From contig CAWFJP010000009.1 of NCBI GenBank assembly GCA_963816145.1, forward strand, positions 32,001 through 96,000: a DNA stretch of 64,000 nt. Direction: 5' to 3'. The DNA comes from an uncultured delta proteobacterium (GTDB lineage Bacteria; Desulfobacterota; Binatia; UBA9968). Positions within the stretch are counted from its first letter, which is position 1. The number at the start of each line of letters is the position of its first letter. Shown here piece by piece: positions 30,415-40,617 of this stretch. The notes beneath the pieces were generated by a model. The model saw only the letters and a program-made list of their open reading frames with translations, did no database searches and had not been told where the DNA came from. Made by a program: the position numbers and the translations under genes.

Positions 30415-30546
30415 GAGGCTGTGTCGTAATGCGCAAACGCCCCACATCTGTCATCCCGAGCGCAGCGAGGGATCTCGTGTTTTCAGCCACATACGAAGAA
30501 GAGATTTCTCGGCTTCACCTCGAAATGACAGTTGCGACACAGTCTG
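30415..30546. mobile_element. 132-bp MITE copy 2 (TSD TTT)
   Basis: Same TIRs and length; TTT at 30412-30414 and 30547-30549. Confidence 0.88.
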
Positions 30547-30625
30547 TTTGCGGGAGAAATATCCTAATCCGAGAAATTTTGGCCGTCGGACAGTGCGCAA
30601 CCTGCACAAAAGGAGTTTATTACAC

Positions 30626-30994
30626 ATGGGACTTGAATCCGATCTTCTGGCGATGTACCGAAAACTGATACTTTTATTGGCTATTTCTCTAACGTTGCTT
30701 TCGGGTTGCGCGAGCGAACCGGTTCCAGTTTATGCGCCCGGGCCGAGTTCTTTCGACCGGGCTTGGAGCGCGGCCCTTGGCGCGGCGCGGGATGAGGGTG
30801 TTCAGATTGTTTCTGAAGACCGGGTGAGTGGAATGATTAATGGCGCGAGAGGCGATCAAGAAGTGACGATTTTAATGCGCGCGCAAGCCGACGGGAGCGT
30901 GCGAGTGGAGTTTAGTCAGCGCGGTCCGAAAGGTTCGGACCCCGGACTCGCCGGCCGGATCTCGCGTGCGTACGACCGGCGCATGGGTCGGTAG
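30626..30994 (+). CDS. Small lipoprotein (the ORF-track N-terminus is MITE-derived)
   Basis: AGGAG at 30611; ATG at 30626 or 30653; MYRK..LLSGC lipobox. Confidence 0.75.
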   Translation: MGLESDLLAMYRKLILLLAISLTLLSGCASEPVPVYAPGPSSFDRAWSAALGAARDEGVQIVSEDRVSGMINGARGDQEVTILMRAQADGSVRVEFSQRGPKGSDPGLAGRISRAYDRRMGR

Positions 30995-31036
30995 ACCAGA
31001 TGTTTTCTTAAGCTCAGTAATGGGTGGGGATACATT

Positions 31037-32602
31037 ATGACCAAACGACTTAAAATCTGTTTAATCAATCCCAAGTTTGAACCTTCGTACTGGGGGTTCG
31101 ATTATGCGTTACCGCTCTATCCGGGGAGCGTAAAGTGTACGATGGTGACCGGCTCGTTACCCCACCTAGCGGCGCTCACGCCCGACCACGACGTCACGCT
31201 GTTGGACGAAAATGTCGAAGCCATCGATTTCGACACATTGTCGCAGTTTGACCTTGTCGGCGTCACCGGCATGAACGTGCAGAAAGATCGCATGCGCGAG
31301 ATTCTGCTCGAGCTGCGTGAGCGCAAGATTTTCACCGTCGTCGGCGGCGCCTACGCCTCTGTTGACGAGGAGTTCTTCGATGGGCTGTGTGATGTGCTTT
31401 TTACCGGTGAAGCCGATGAAACTTGGCCCAAGTTCGTTGAGCAGTTTGCCGCGGGCCAGTCTTACGAGAGCTTCTTCAAGCAAGCCGAGCCGACCGACAT
31501 GACCAGCTTGCCAACGCCAAGATTCGATCTGCTCAAAGTTAAGCGCTACGCGACGGGGTCCGTGCAGTTTTCGCGCGGCTGCCCGTTTCAATGCGAGTTC
31601 TGCGACATCATCGTGACTTTTGGCCGCCGGCCGCGGTTGAAACGGCCGCAACAGGTGATCGAGGAACTCGATGCATTGCGTAAATTGGGATTTCTTGGCG
31701 CCTTTATCGTCGATGATAATTTCATCGGCAATAAGAAAGCAGCCAAACAACTATTGCGAGCGATTATTTCCTGGCAAAAGCAGCACGGCTATCCGTTGCG
31801 CTTGAACACCGAAGCGAGCGTCAATTTGGCCGATGATCCTGAGCTGCTTGACTTGCTCTACCAGGCCAATTTTCGCTCGGTATTCATCGGCATTGAGACA
31901 CCGCGAGTCGCATCCCTTAATGAAACCAAGAAATTTCAAAACGTCGCTGGAGATGATCTTGACTCAAAGCTAGCCCGTATCCAAAACAGTGGAATAGATA
32001 TCAGCGCCGGATTTATCGTCGGCTTCGATAACGACGATGAGTCGATCTTCGAGGATCAGTTTCGCTTCATTCAAGATAACGGGATTGTCTTGGCGATGGT
32101 CGGCATGCTCACGGCGATACCGAAAACGCCGCTTTATGAACGCTTGAGAAAAGACGGCCGTCTACGGCTACACGACTTTAATTGTAATTTCGTGCCAAAA
32201 AACATGACACCGGAACGACTCCAGAGCGGCTACTGGGAGCTGCTTCGGCGGCTCTATGCGCCGGAAGCCTTTCTCGAGCGCTATTTCAAAATCTATAACT
32301 ATCCTGAATTCCGGCGACGCCGGGCGGCGATCATCGCCCGAGCCAACGAGGGCAAGACCAGTAGGACGCTCATTTACGGGCTAATCTTGACGTGGAACCT
32401 ATTCTGGGCGCTGGTCAGGGAAAAGCGTTTGAAAACCATGGGAACTGCGTACTGGCGTTTGTTCATGCAGCACCGCCGGCTGTACCAAAAAGGGATTGTC
32501 GGCTTCACGCAATTCGTCAATCGCTGCGTGGCACACTGGCATTTCTGGAAATTCACCGAAGAAGGTACCACCGGAAAGCTGCGCATGTTTAACTCTGGGT
32601 GA
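31037..32602 (+). CDS. B12-binding radical SAM protein (DUF4070 type)
   Basis: SRGCPFQCEFC (CxxxCxxC), N-terminal cobalamin-binding region, VDDNFIGN, GFIVGFDND. Confidence 0.9.
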   Translation: MTKRLKICLINPKFEPSYWGFDYALPLYPGSVKCTMVTGSLPHLAALTPDHDVTLLDENVEAIDFDTLSQFDLVGVTGMNVQKDRMREILLELRERKIFTVVGGAYASVDEEFFDGLCDVLFTGEADETWPKFVEQFAAGQSYESFFKQAEPTDMTSLPTPRFDLLKVKRYATGSVQFSRGCPFQCEFCDIIVTFGRRPRLKRPQQVIEELDALRKLGFLGAFIVDDNFIGNKKAAKQLLRAIISWQKQHGYPLRLNTEASVNLADDPELLDLLYQANFRSVFIGIETPRVASLNETKKFQNVAGDDLDSKLARIQNSGIDISAGFIVGFDNDDESIFEDQFRFIQDNGIVLAMVGMLTAIPKTPLYERLRKDGRLRLHDFNCNFVPKNMTPERLQSGYWELLRRLYAPEAFLERYFKIYNYPEFRRRRAAIIARANEGKTSRTLIYGLILTWNLFWALVREKRLKTMGTAYWRLFMQHRRLYQKGIVGFTQFVNRCVAHWHFWKFTEEGTTGKLRMFNSG

Positions 32603-32650
32603 GCCGGCGTGGGCTGATTTTGAACGACAGTCGAGGACCGAAAGCGTTGG

Positions 32651-33670
32651 ATGAAAATTATATTGAAAATACTGGCGGGCGCGGGGATTTTCGCGATCAC
32701 ACTCTGGGGTGTTGGCGTATTGTATTTTTCCCCGCTTTTGCCGGCGGGGGTGCGCCCGTTTGGCGCTGGCATTTACGCGCTGTTGACACTTCTGGCTTTT
32801 ATCTGTCTGCCGCGCCGCGGCAGGACAGCGCTCGGAGCGCTCGCCGTCTTCGGAATTCTCGTTTTGTTGTTTCTGCGAATTCCCGCGGCCAATGACCGCG
32901 ATTGGCAACCTGACGTCGCGAATGCGCCTTATGCGACGATCAACGGCGATCTGATTACGATCCACAATATAAGAAATTTCGACTATCGAACCGAAACCGA
33001 CTTCAAGGCGCGCTGGGAAACCCGCACCTACGATTTCAGCAAGCTCGATTCCGCGGACATCATTGCGGTCTACTGGGCCGGCAAAGCGATTGCCCATGTC
33101 ATGGTCAGCTTCGGCTTCGCGGGTAAAGATTTTCTCACGGTGTCGATCGAGACGCGCAAAGAAAAAGGCGAGAGCTATTCGACGCTCGCCGGCTTCTTCA
33201 GACAATACGAACTCTATTACGTCGTCGCCGATGAGCGCGACGTGATCGGCGTTCGGACGACCTATCGGCAACCCCAGGAGGATGTCTATATTTATCGGAC
33301 GCGCGGGCCACTCAGAAACCTCCGCAGGATTTTTCTTGATTACATAAAGTCGATTAATGAGCTGCACGAGCGACCGAGCTATTACAATACGCTGACGACC
33401 AACTGCACGACCACTATTTTGATGCACACGCGCATGAACCCGGAGTCGCCGCCGATGTCTTGGAAAGTCCTGCTCAGCGGCTATGTGCCGGATTATCTCT
33501 ATGAACTTAGCCGGATCGACACCTCCCGGCCTTTCGTCGAGCTGGAAAAACTTTCCCATGTCAATGCGCGCGCGCACGCGGCCGATAAGGATCCCGCGTT
33601 CTCGCAGCGCATCCGCGAGGGGTTGCCCATGCCTCGACCACTACAGAGCGAAGTCGGCAAGGGCAAGTAG
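32651..33670 (+). CDS. DUF4105 (Lnb-like) protein
   Basis: N-terminal TMs; IRNFDYR, AHVMVSFGF, YNTLTTNCTT. Confidence 0.85.
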   Translation: MKIILKILAGAGIFAITLWGVGVLYFSPLLPAGVRPFGAGIYALLTLLAFICLPRRGRTALGALAVFGILVLLFLRIPAANDRDWQPDVANAPYATINGDLITIHNIRNFDYRTETDFKARWETRTYDFSKLDSADIIAVYWAGKAIAHVMVSFGFAGKDFLTVSIETRKEKGESYSTLAGFFRQYELYYVVADERDVIGVRTTYRQPQEDVYIYRTRGPLRNLRRIFLDYIKSINELHERPSYYNTLTTNCTTTILMHTRMNPESPPMSWKVLLSGYVPDYLYELSRIDTSRPFVELEKLSHVNARAHAADKDPAFSQRIREGLPMPRPLQSEVGKGK

Positions 33671-33722
33671 AAGTAGCATCGCTGGCAATATCTAAAAACC
33701 TTCCTCTGCTTTCTTACGATAA

Positions 33723-36700
33723 ATGAACACGCCGCGCGTCATCCGATGGGTTGCGCTTTTTTCGGGATTTGTCCTGGTATCGTTGTTTGCCCTGGTGTGG
33801 GTTGTTCCGAGAATCGTCGATGGCGAAGCGGTTAAATCAAAAGCTCGTGTCTTTGTCGCCGAACGGGCCAACGGCATGGCAACGATCGAAAAGATCGCTC
33901 TCTTTTGGTTTCCTCGGCCTGGCGTCGTGATTCGGAATGTGTCGATCTCGTTCGACAAGGAGATCGAGGGTAACATTCAGCAGTTGACGCTCTATCCATC
34001 GATTGGTCACATGCTGACGGGGCGCTTAGCTTTCTCCAGCGTGACGGTGGATGGCGCCGCCTGGATCGTGCGGTTGCCGGCGCGTAAGGATGAGCCTTTC
34101 AATCTCGACGAATTAGAGGAAAAAATTCGCCAGATCGTTAAAAATCTCGGATTAGGTTTTCCAGGAATGAATTTGCGGGTGCGCCGCGGCATGGCGGATA
34201 TTAGCCTTGCCGGTGGATCTTCGCTAAGGATTACGGACATCGATGCGAACCTCAGTGGAACCCTCGATAAATTGGTTTTGACAATGACCGCCGGCGCGAA
34301 CGTCGCCGAGCAAATCCGGCTTGCGGGTGAGTTAGCGACAAATAGCCTGGCGTCGGAGGCGCGGCTCTCGGTGGCAAATTTGCGCCTGCGCAAGATATTA
34401 GATGTTTATTCCCCTGGTATGGCCGCATGGATTACTGACGGCGCAGCGACGCTGACTGTTAAATTTAAAGCCGCGGGAGTAAAGAGCGCTAGCGCTGAAG
34501 TTGCCGGGTCGTTTCCCTCGCTAATTTTGGCGCGAGGCGCCCGAACGGCGCCGATTGCGGCCGAAGATTTCAAAGCTATCTTTACCGCCGATGAAAAAGG
34601 GTTTCGCGTTGCCATCGAGTCTTTGGATCTGGTGTCGCCGCCGCTCAAGGCCGCCGGGGAACTTGTCTACAATCAGCCGTCGTCATTGTTCTCGATAATG
34701 CTCACAGGGCGCGATCTAGACGTCGGGTCGTTGAGAAAATCGGCGCTACTCTTGGCCGATGACGTCACACCTGTGCACAACGTTTTCCGCTATCTTCAAG
34801 ACGGTGCCATTGCCGATATCCGTGTCGAAGCTCGCGGCCGGTCACTTGCCGAAGCGCTCGAAAGCAAGCAAGCCGTGGCGTCGGCAAACATGCGCGGCGT
34901 GAAGATGTTTGTTCCTGGCCCCGATCTTGATCTGGCGAACGTCAGCGGATCGGTGCTGATCTCAGCTGGAGTTCTCGAATGTAGGAGCTGTTCCGCAACG
35001 TTGGGTAAAACCAAGGGGCGGGATGGCGCGCTGCGCGTCGGTCTAGCCGGTGGCGGCGCGCCATTTCATATGGACATCATGGTCGACGCAGACGCCCGGG
35101 AACTGCAAACGTTGCTCGTCCGGCTTGTCAAAGACGAGGCGTTACGCAAGGAAGTTTCCCGGGTTCACAATGTCAATGGCGCCCTATCGGGGCGACTGGT
35201 GCTCGGCGAAACTCTTGACGCGATTTCAGCGCAAGTTTTGGCCGTGCAACCAGCACTGACTGCTACCTATGCGGCAGTGCCGTATGCCGTTTCGCTAAAG
35301 GGTGGTCGTTTCAATTATGACAACGGTAAGATCGAGGCTGAGGGTCTGGAAGGGGCGATCGGCCACTCTTCGTTCTCCGGGCTTACCGGATCGGTGCGCG
35401 CTGACCGTTCGGGACAGTTAAACATCAAGTCAGCGAGTTTGCAGTTGGATCTGCAAGAGACCGAAGTCTTGCTTCGCAAAGTTGAAACCTTGCAGGCTAA
35501 GCTCGGCCCAGACAGCGCCGCGCGAGGGAAGATTAGCTTTACCTTGCTCTCGCTTAACGGCCCGCTCGATGATCCAAGTCGATGGGATTTCACTGGCAGG
35601 GGGAAAGTTGACCGGATATTGATAAAGCATGCGCAGCTACCGGCGGCTGTGGCCATTACCGAGGGAACTTTTGACGCAAGCCATGAAAAACTTATGTTTG
35701 CCGACGCGAAAGTGGCGCTGCTCGACGCATCCCTGTCGGCTGGCGGCGTGGTCGAGAACTGGCGCAAAGCGCCGCGCCGTTTAGAAGCAACGGTAAGTGG
35801 TGTCACCGGGGAAAAAATGCTGGAGTGGGTGCGGCGACGAATGGAAATTCCCGCGGATTATATGCTGCGGTCGCCATTGGAGTTTCCCGCCGGCCGCGTT
35901 TCCTGGCGCGACGATGGCGAGTTTTCATTCAACGGAAAACTAACCGTTGCCCATGGGCCGCGACTTTCCATCGACATGGCGCGCAATCTTCGTAGCTTCA
36001 CGATCAAAGAGCTGTTGATCGATGACGCTGGACGATCGGCTCGCGCGACTTTTGAGTCGGATAGAGACAAGTGGGGCCTTGGCTTCCGCGGCACCCTGGA
36101 CCAGCAGACGTTGGACAAAGTCTTTTTGACCGCGCCGATGCCGGTCGGCCTGCTGCAAGGTGATTTCGCCGTGAATGTTTTTAGCAAACCACCCTATCGA
36201 TTGACGGCGCGCGGAACACTGGCGGGTAAAGACATTGTCTCGCGCTTGAAGGGTGAGGATGCGGTCATCGAACAATTTGTCATGCAAGGAGATCAGGCCG
36301 GCCTTAATATTCGCTCTGCGGACCTGCGCTGGCGGCGCAGCCGGATTTCACTCTCGGGTAAGCTGGCGGCGGCGCAGGAGTCCTTGCAAGTCGATATGGA
36401 TGTTGCCGCCGACCGTCTGGTGTGGGAAGAGTTCAGCGCGATTGTCGGCAGCGGCGATAGTCAAGGGAATAAAAGTAAAGCCGACGTTCAACTACCAACT
36501 CTGGTGGGCGTCATCCGGCTGAAGACCGACAACTTCGTTGTCGGTGGTTTGTCCTGGAACCCGCTCCGGGTCACGGCAGGACTCACAGCTAACGGGATCA
36601 CCGGCGAAGTCGAGGATAGCGTTGTCTGCGGCATCCGCACGACGGGAAGCTTCGCCGTCCAAGAGAATGATCAGATCGACGTTGATGTGCGGCTTTCGGT

Positions 36701-37358
36701 ACGGGATGGCGACCTTGACTTGACCAGCCGCTGCCTCTCATCCGACAAGTCCAATGTGAGCGGCACCTACTCCCTCAATGCGCGTTTGACCGGCAGCGGC
36801 AATAGGGAACGGCTAGCGCAGACCCTGTCTGGCGGTTTTGATTTCGTCGCGCGTGAAGGCAAGTTCATTCGCTCGCCGGGTATCGATGCGACGTTCGATT
36901 ACCTGAACGCCAGCGGTGATTTCAAGGTGGCATTTCCCGATCTCAACAGAGAAACCTTCCCGTACCGTCTTATCGGTATCAAGGGAAGGATCGACGGTAA
37001 GATGCTCATAGCCGATGAAGTCAATGTCAATTCACCCCAGGTCAACTTGAGCGGCCAAGGCGAAGTCGACATGGAAAGAAAGCTGATCGAAGGCAAGGGA
37101 CTCGTCGCCGTCCTCAAACCTGTCGATGAGGTCTTGGCTCGAATCCCGGTGATCAGCTCTATGTTAACCGGGTCTCTGGTCGGGATTCCTATCCGCGTCG
37201 CCGGATCCATCGACCGGCCCGAGGTCACCTACTTGTCGCCTGCGGACGTCGGCGTGGAGCTGTTAAGTATCCCCTTGAGGATTCTCGGCATGCCCCTCGG
37301 AGCGATGCGCCTTTTTACTCCGAGTGGCAATCTGCAAGATCAGGACATTAGCAAGTGA
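33723..37358 (+). CDS. AsmA-like large periplasmic protein
   Basis: Single N-terminal TM; 1211-aa beta-rich body; C-terminal AsmA_2-like IPVIS...IPIRVAGSIDRPEV. Confidence 0.78.
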   Translation: MNTPRVIRWVALFSGFVLVSLFALVWVVPRIVDGEAVKSKARVFVAERANGMATIEKIALFWFPRPGVVIRNVSISFDKEIEGNIQQLTLYPSIGHMLTGRLAFSSVTVDGAAWIVRLPARKDEPFNLDELEEKIRQIVKNLGLGFPGMNLRVRRGMADISLAGGSSLRITDIDANLSGTLDKLVLTMTAGANVAEQIRLAGELATNSLASEARLSVANLRLRKILDVYSPGMAAWITDGAATLTVKFKAAGVKSASAEVAGSFPSLILARGARTAPIAAEDFKAIFTADEKGFRVAIESLDLVSPPLKAAGELVYNQPSSLFSIMLTGRDLDVGSLRKSALLLADDVTPVHNVFRYLQDGAIADIRVEARGRSLAEALESKQAVASANMRGVKMFVPGPDLDLANVSGSVLISAGVLECRSCSATLGKTKGRDGALRVGLAGGGAPFHMDIMVDADARELQTLLVRLVKDEALRKEVSRVHNVNGALSGRLVLGETLDAISAQVLAVQPALTATYAAVPYAVSLKGGRFNYDNGKIEAEGLEGAIGHSSFSGLTGSVRADRSGQLNIKSASLQLDLQETEVLLRKVETLQAKLGPDSAARGKISFTLLSLNGPLDDPSRWDFTGRGKVDRILIKHAQLPAAVAITEGTFDASHEKLMFADAKVALLDASLSAGGVVENWRKAPRRLEATVSGVTGEKMLEWVRRRMEIPADYMLRSPLEFPAGRVSWRDDGEFSFNGKLTVAHGPRLSIDMARNLRSFTIKELLIDDAGRSARATFESDRDKWGLGFRGTLDQQTLDKVFLTAPMPVGLLQGDFAVNVFSKPPYRLTARGTLAGKDIVSRLKGEDAVIEQFVMQGDQAGLNIRSADLRWRRSRISLSGKLAAAQESLQVDMDVAADRLVWEEFSAIVGSGDSQGNKSKADVQLPTLVGVIRLKTDNFVVGGLSWNPLRVTAGLTANGITGEVEDSVVCGIRTTGSFAVQENDQIDVDVRLSVRDGDLDLTSRCLSSDKSNVSGTYSLNARLTGSGNRERLAQTLSGGFDFVAREGKFIRSPGIDATFDYLNASGDFKVAFPDLNRETFPYRLIGIKGRIDGKMLIADEVNVNSPQVNLSGQGEVDMERKLIEGKGLVAVLKPVDEVLARIPVISSMLTGSLVGIPIRVAGSIDRPEVTYLSPADVGVELLSIPLRILGMPLGAMRLFTPSGNLQDQDISK

Positions 37359-37421
37359 AGTCGACGCGCCACTTTGCCAGGGTGCAACCGTCAGTATCGA
37401 GGCAAATTAGCGGATGACGTC

Positions 37422-37910
37422 ATGGCTAAATCATTGAGTTTGAAAATCGTCATGCTATTGGCGCTGGCGCAAAGGATTACCGGCCTGCTACGCGGTTTTT
37501 ATCTTTGTGCGGTTAATTTCCCGCAGCTTGCTGCGATTGTTTGACCGGTTCGATCTGATACCCCACTGCTTGCGGCGGGATTCTTCATTTGGGTGCAGGT
37601 CGGCGTTGACATTCTTGGCCAGGGACTTTTGCTTTTGCCTTTTATCGGCGTGGTCGCCGTCATGCGCGGATTGCTTATTGCGGTTGTAGCGTTACTGTAT
37701 GTGTTGTTCGCTGGCGCAGCGCTCCTGCGGCGAAGCTGGGCGCGCGGGATTGGCCTCGCGGCAGCGATCGTCAACCTGCTCCTTGTAGTGAGCATGTTGA
37801 GCCAAGGTTCGCCCGTGGCTCAAACGATCGCGTGGGCAGCGATACCGGTAATATTAATTTGTTATCTATTTTCACCGACGGGGCGTGACGCCCTCAAGGG
37901 CGCCGACTAG
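37422..37910 (+). pseudogene. Small membrane protein gene interrupted by a ~90-bp palindromic insert carrying an in-frame TGA
   Basis: ATG 37422 is in frame with ORF 37593-37910; TGA at 37542-37544 lies inside a non-hydrophobic insert. Confidence 0.6.
37500..37589. mobile_element. Short palindromic insertion element (CCCGCAGCTTGCTGCG ... ATACCCCACTGCTTGCGGCGGGATTCTTCATT)
   Basis: Two related hairpins; boundaries approximate. Confidence 0.55.
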
Positions 37911-37993
37911 GGATTGCGCGCGGTATGTGCTCCCCATCGAAGAGGGGCCGCCACTGCCGCAACCCTTGACGTAATGGCGCACGGACACTTGCC

Positions 37994-40555
37994 ATGAATC
38001 CAACTGATAAAAAGCCCAGATGCTGGTTGCCACACGCGGTTCTTCTCTTTGTATTCTGGATAGTTTCGTCCGAGTTTGTCAGCCAAACTTTGCTTTGGGC
38101 CGCGGCGCCGGCCAAGGCCGCGCCGCAAACCAGCGAGACCAAGCCAGCGCCCCCTCAACCGGTTGCGATAAACGCTTCAGAAATCATCCCTCGGGCTGAA
38201 CAAACTCTCAGAGCGCTGCAAGAAATCAGATTCGACCTCGCCGCCGATTCTGAAAGCGCGTTGAATTCCCTTGGGAAAGAAATTGCCGCCTTCGCGGAAA
38301 AATCCGACAGGCGCTGGCAAGGCGAAGTGGCAAGTATCGGCGCATTGCACTCGGTGCAGCGGCTCAATGATGTCCTGCGCGAATGGAGTGTCGAGCAGAG
38401 CCAACTTGACGGTTGGGACCGGGCTTTGGCGAGGCGGTCGCAGATTCTGGTCGCGCAAGAAGACGATGTCAGACAAATCTACGAGACCTGGCAAGCCACC
38501 CGTGACGCGGGCAAGCAGCAAGCCTTCCCCAAGGTGGCGCTGCAAAAAATCGCTGAAGTCTTGCGCGAGGCCGATGCAGTGCGCGGGCTGATCCGCGATG
38601 GCATGGCGAAGTTGCTGAACCTGCAAATTCAGCTCGCCAATCGACGGGAGTTTCTCGCCAAGATCCGTAGCGATCTCGATAAAGCCCGCGAAGAATCCGG
38701 CAAGCAACTTTTTGTTCTCGACAGCCTGCCTCTCTGGCGGGCGATATTCAGCGCTGAATCTCAGGAGGTCATGCTTGCGCAGGTCACCCAGAGTTCCCGA
38801 AGTTTCGCCGCGGATTTGTCGGAGTTTAGTACTAAATACCGCGATCGAATCCTCTGGCACGCGCTCTTTCTGGCCGCAATGGTGCTGCTCTTTCGCTCAC
38901 TTCGCCGTGATTCGACCGCGCCGGCGGTCGAACCACTGGGTGGATTCGCACTGTTTATCCGTGAGCGGTTTGTGACCACCTCTTTCCTGCTTGCCTTGAT
39001 CACCGTGCCGCTATTTTATCCCAATGCGGGGACATCGATTTTGCGCATCGCCATACTGCCAAGTCTGATTCCGGTTAGCAGGATCTTACCTAAATTGATG
39101 CCGAAAATGTTTCGCCGTGGGGTTTACTGGTTGGCGGCGATTTATGTTGTCAATTTTTTGCGTTACCTCTTGCCCGCCGATTGGCTATTGGCCCGGCTGC
39201 TTTTATTGCTGATCGCTGCCGGCGGATGCATCGGATTTGGCTTGTTTTTGCGCTCGCACGGCGCGGAGCTGTCGGCATTGGGCTCCAGGGAACGGGTTAT
39301 CTTGCTGGCAGTTCGGCTCCTATGCCTGCTATTTGCCGCTTCCGTCGTCAGCAATGTTGTCGGCAACATGTCCCTCGCCGAGATTCTCGTCGATATGCCG
39401 GTGCGCAGCGCGTATATCGCTGCATTGATTTTTGCCAGCGCCCAAGTATTAACGACACTCGCCGCGGTTGCGCTGCAGTCGCGGCCGGCGCAGTGGTTGC
39501 GTTCCGTGCGCGAACATGGCGCGCTAATCGCGCGCCGCTGCCGAACACTTATTCGGGTCAGTGCGATCCTGTTGTGGGCTGGCGTTTCTCTAAACGTGTT
39601 TGGCGTTCTTGGCGCCGTTGCTAGCGCGGGATTGAGCTTGCTGCAATGGCGCTGGAGGTTGGGAGCGGCGGAGATTTCCATCCAAGACTTGGCGGTCTTC
39701 TTTGCGGTGTTTCTTAGCGCAGTAATTTTTTCGCGAATGCTCCGTTTTGTCTTGACCGAGGAATTATTGCCGCGCTTTCGTTTGCCTCGTGGTGTGCCCG
39801 GAGCCGTGGATGTCCTTTGCCGCTACGGCGTGCTGCTGGTGGGGTTTCTGATGGCCTTGGCCGCGGCGGGTGTCGACTTTAGCAGAGTCACGCTTTTGAT
39901 CAGCGCTCTCGGCGTCGGCATCGGATTCGGTTTGCAAAACTTGGTGAACAATTTTGTCTCGGGTCTGATTCTGGTATTTGAGCATCCGGTCCAGTTCGGC
40001 GACTATGTCGAGGTCGGGTCGGTCTCCGGTGAGGTCCGTAAAATAGGTTTTCGCGCGAGCATACTGCGCACGCCGGATGGCGCCGATGTCATCGTTCCCA
40101 ATAGCGAGCTTATTGGTTCGCGGGTTATGAATTGGTCGCTTACCGATCAGCTGCGCAGAATCAGCATCCCGGTTAGCGTCGCTTATGGGACCGATCCCAA
40201 TCGCGTCATGGATGTTCTGATTGGAATCGCGAACAAGCATCCGGCGGTCTTGGCTGATCCAGCACCGATGGTGGTATTCGATCGCCTCGCTGACAGCTCG
40301 CTTAATTTCACTCTGCTCTGCTGGTCCTTGGTACAAAGGTGGTTCCTTACTCGAAGCGAACTCACGATCGCGATCAACAACGCTTTTAAAGAAGCCGGCA
40401 TTGAAATACCGTTCCCGCAACAGGATGTTCATGTTCACTGGTCAGATTCCGAAAGCGCACGAGACAACGCGATGCCAGCAAGAGATCTGCGAGGGAGCAA
40501 GGTTGCGGAGCCGTCGACGGTTGCTTCCGCAGGGGTGTCTCGTTCGAACAAGTGA
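37994..40555 (+). CDS. Large mechanosensitive channel, MscS/MscK-like
   Basis: Coiled periplasmic N-terminus, multi-TM, GVGIGFGLQNLVNNFVSG, VPNS, VAYGTD, IPFPQQDVH. Confidence 0.92.
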   Translation: MNPTDKKPRCWLPHAVLLFVFWIVSSEFVSQTLLWAAAPAKAAPQTSETKPAPPQPVAINASEIIPRAEQTLRALQEIRFDLAADSESALNSLGKEIAAFAEKSDRRWQGEVASIGALHSVQRLNDVLREWSVEQSQLDGWDRALARRSQILVAQEDDVRQIYETWQATRDAGKQQAFPKVALQKIAEVLREADAVRGLIRDGMAKLLNLQIQLANRREFLAKIRSDLDKAREESGKQLFVLDSLPLWRAIFSAESQEVMLAQVTQSSRSFAADLSEFSTKYRDRILWHALFLAAMVLLFRSLRRDSTAPAVEPLGGFALFIRERFVTTSFLLALITVPLFYPNAGTSILRIAILPSLIPVSRILPKLMPKMFRRGVYWLAAIYVVNFLRYLLPADWLLARLLLLLIAAGGCIGFGLFLRSHGAELSALGSRERVILLAVRLLCLLFAASVVSNVVGNMSLAEILVDMPVRSAYIAALIFASAQVLTTLAAVALQSRPAQWLRSVREHGALIARRCRTLIRVSAILLWAGVSLNVFGVLGAVASAGLSLLQWRWRLGAAEISIQDLAVFFAVFLSAVIFSRMLRFVLTEELLPRFRLPRGVPGAVDVLCRYGVLLVGFLMALAAAGVDFSRVTLLISALGVGIGFGLQNLVNNFVSGLILVFEHPVQFGDYVEVGSVSGEVRKIGFRASILRTPDGADVIVPNSELIGSRVMNWSLTDQLRRISIPVSVAYGTDPNRVMDVLIGIANKHPAVLADPAPMVVFDRLADSSLNFTLLCWSLVQRWFLTRSELTIAINNAFKEAGIEIPFPQQDVHVHWSDSESARDNAMPARDLRGSKVAEPSTVASAGVSRSNK

Positions 40556-40617
40556 TTTGTCCGGTAGACGATGAAAATTTACCGCTCTGTCGATTGGAAT
40601 TGAAAAGGAACCGATAA

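Noticed and set aside
31037-32602. Radical SAM as the maturase for the arylsulfatase
   Set aside because: It has B12-binding/DUF4070 architecture and lacks the Cys-rich SPASM domain of anSME.
37542-37544. Second in-frame TGA as possible selenocysteine
   Set aside because: It lies inside a repeat-like insert in a membrane protein, with no redox motif and no properly spaced SECIS stem.
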